Assembly: GCA_037917625.1 (NCBI GenBank)
Contig: JAVCBY010000045.1
Coordinates: 1-57,895, forward strand
Direction: 5' to 3'
Origin: Thermoproteota archaeon
Lineage (GTDB): Archaea; Korarchaeota; Korarchaeia; Korarchaeales; Korarchaeaceae
Length of the DNA stretch: 57,895 bases
Shown here piece by piece: positions 57,847 through 57,895 of the stretch (positions within the stretch are counted from its first letter, which is position 1; every line of letters begins with the position of its first letter). A model generated the notes under the pieces. That model had not been told where the DNA came from. It worked only from the letters and a program-made list of their open reading frames with translations, and did not search any database. The translations under genes and the position numbers were made by a program.

Positions 57847-57895
57847 CCCTTCCTTAAGTTCTCAATCATAGGAGCCTTGGGCACTCTCGTCAACC
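57845..57895. repeat. Terminal copy of 45065-45115
   Basis: cccccttc(c/a)ttaagttctcaatcataggagccttgggcactctcgtcaacc. Confidence 0.95.

Noticed and set aside
57847-57893. N-terminus [15 protein letters not shown] of ORF 57552-57893
   Set aside because: Antisense translation of the duplicated GT2-GtrA fragment; not a real start
1-57895. Very frequent AGCT/GAGCTC, CTAG, GATC and TCGA palindromes
   Set aside because: Spread evenly through coding DNA; a genome-wide compositional signature rather than a discrete element (not quantified)
1-57895. CRISPR arrays, rRNA, transposases, integrases, ORB origin boxes
   Set aside because: No regularly spaced repeats or recognisable motifs seen, and no second copy of the tRNA-Trp 3' end suggesting an att site

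Overview
Gene-dense archaeal chromosomal segment, probably from a thermophilic Ca. Korarchaeum-like (Korarchaeota) genome. This is inferred from the ATL-EndoV fusion, the ADP-forming acyl-CoA synthetase alpha subunit, AGG/AGA and ATA codon bias, and TATA-type promoters. Content is mostly housekeeping: pyrD, tmcA, type IA topoisomerase, leuS, argS, a regulator-hsp20-cdc48 heat-shock operon, etfBA, tRNA-modification genes, manC, Dol-P-Man synthase plus a PMT-like GT-C enzyme, fprA, metF-mtrH and leuACDB. Items not in the ORF track: a two-intron tRNA-Trp (17/17a and 37/38), a 58-aa zinc-finger gene, a leuB fragment and a multi-hairpin non-coding region upstream of leuS. The most interesting signals are: (i) a 1264-aa surface protein whose cytoplasmic tail looks like a degenerate PIN fold, giving a receptor-like architecture; (ii) a small island with HEPN-MNT plus a Cys-rich archaeocin-like precursor and a membrane protein; (iii) two cdc48 paralogs with nucleotide-identical D1 tracts that spare Walker B; (iv) a stand-alone metF-mtrH pair; (v) a class I GAPDH; (vi) an inverted, split leu operon at the window end that is most likely a chimera or misassembly. 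No CRISPR array, rRNA or transposase was seen. All family assignments come from motif recognition by eye; no searches were run.
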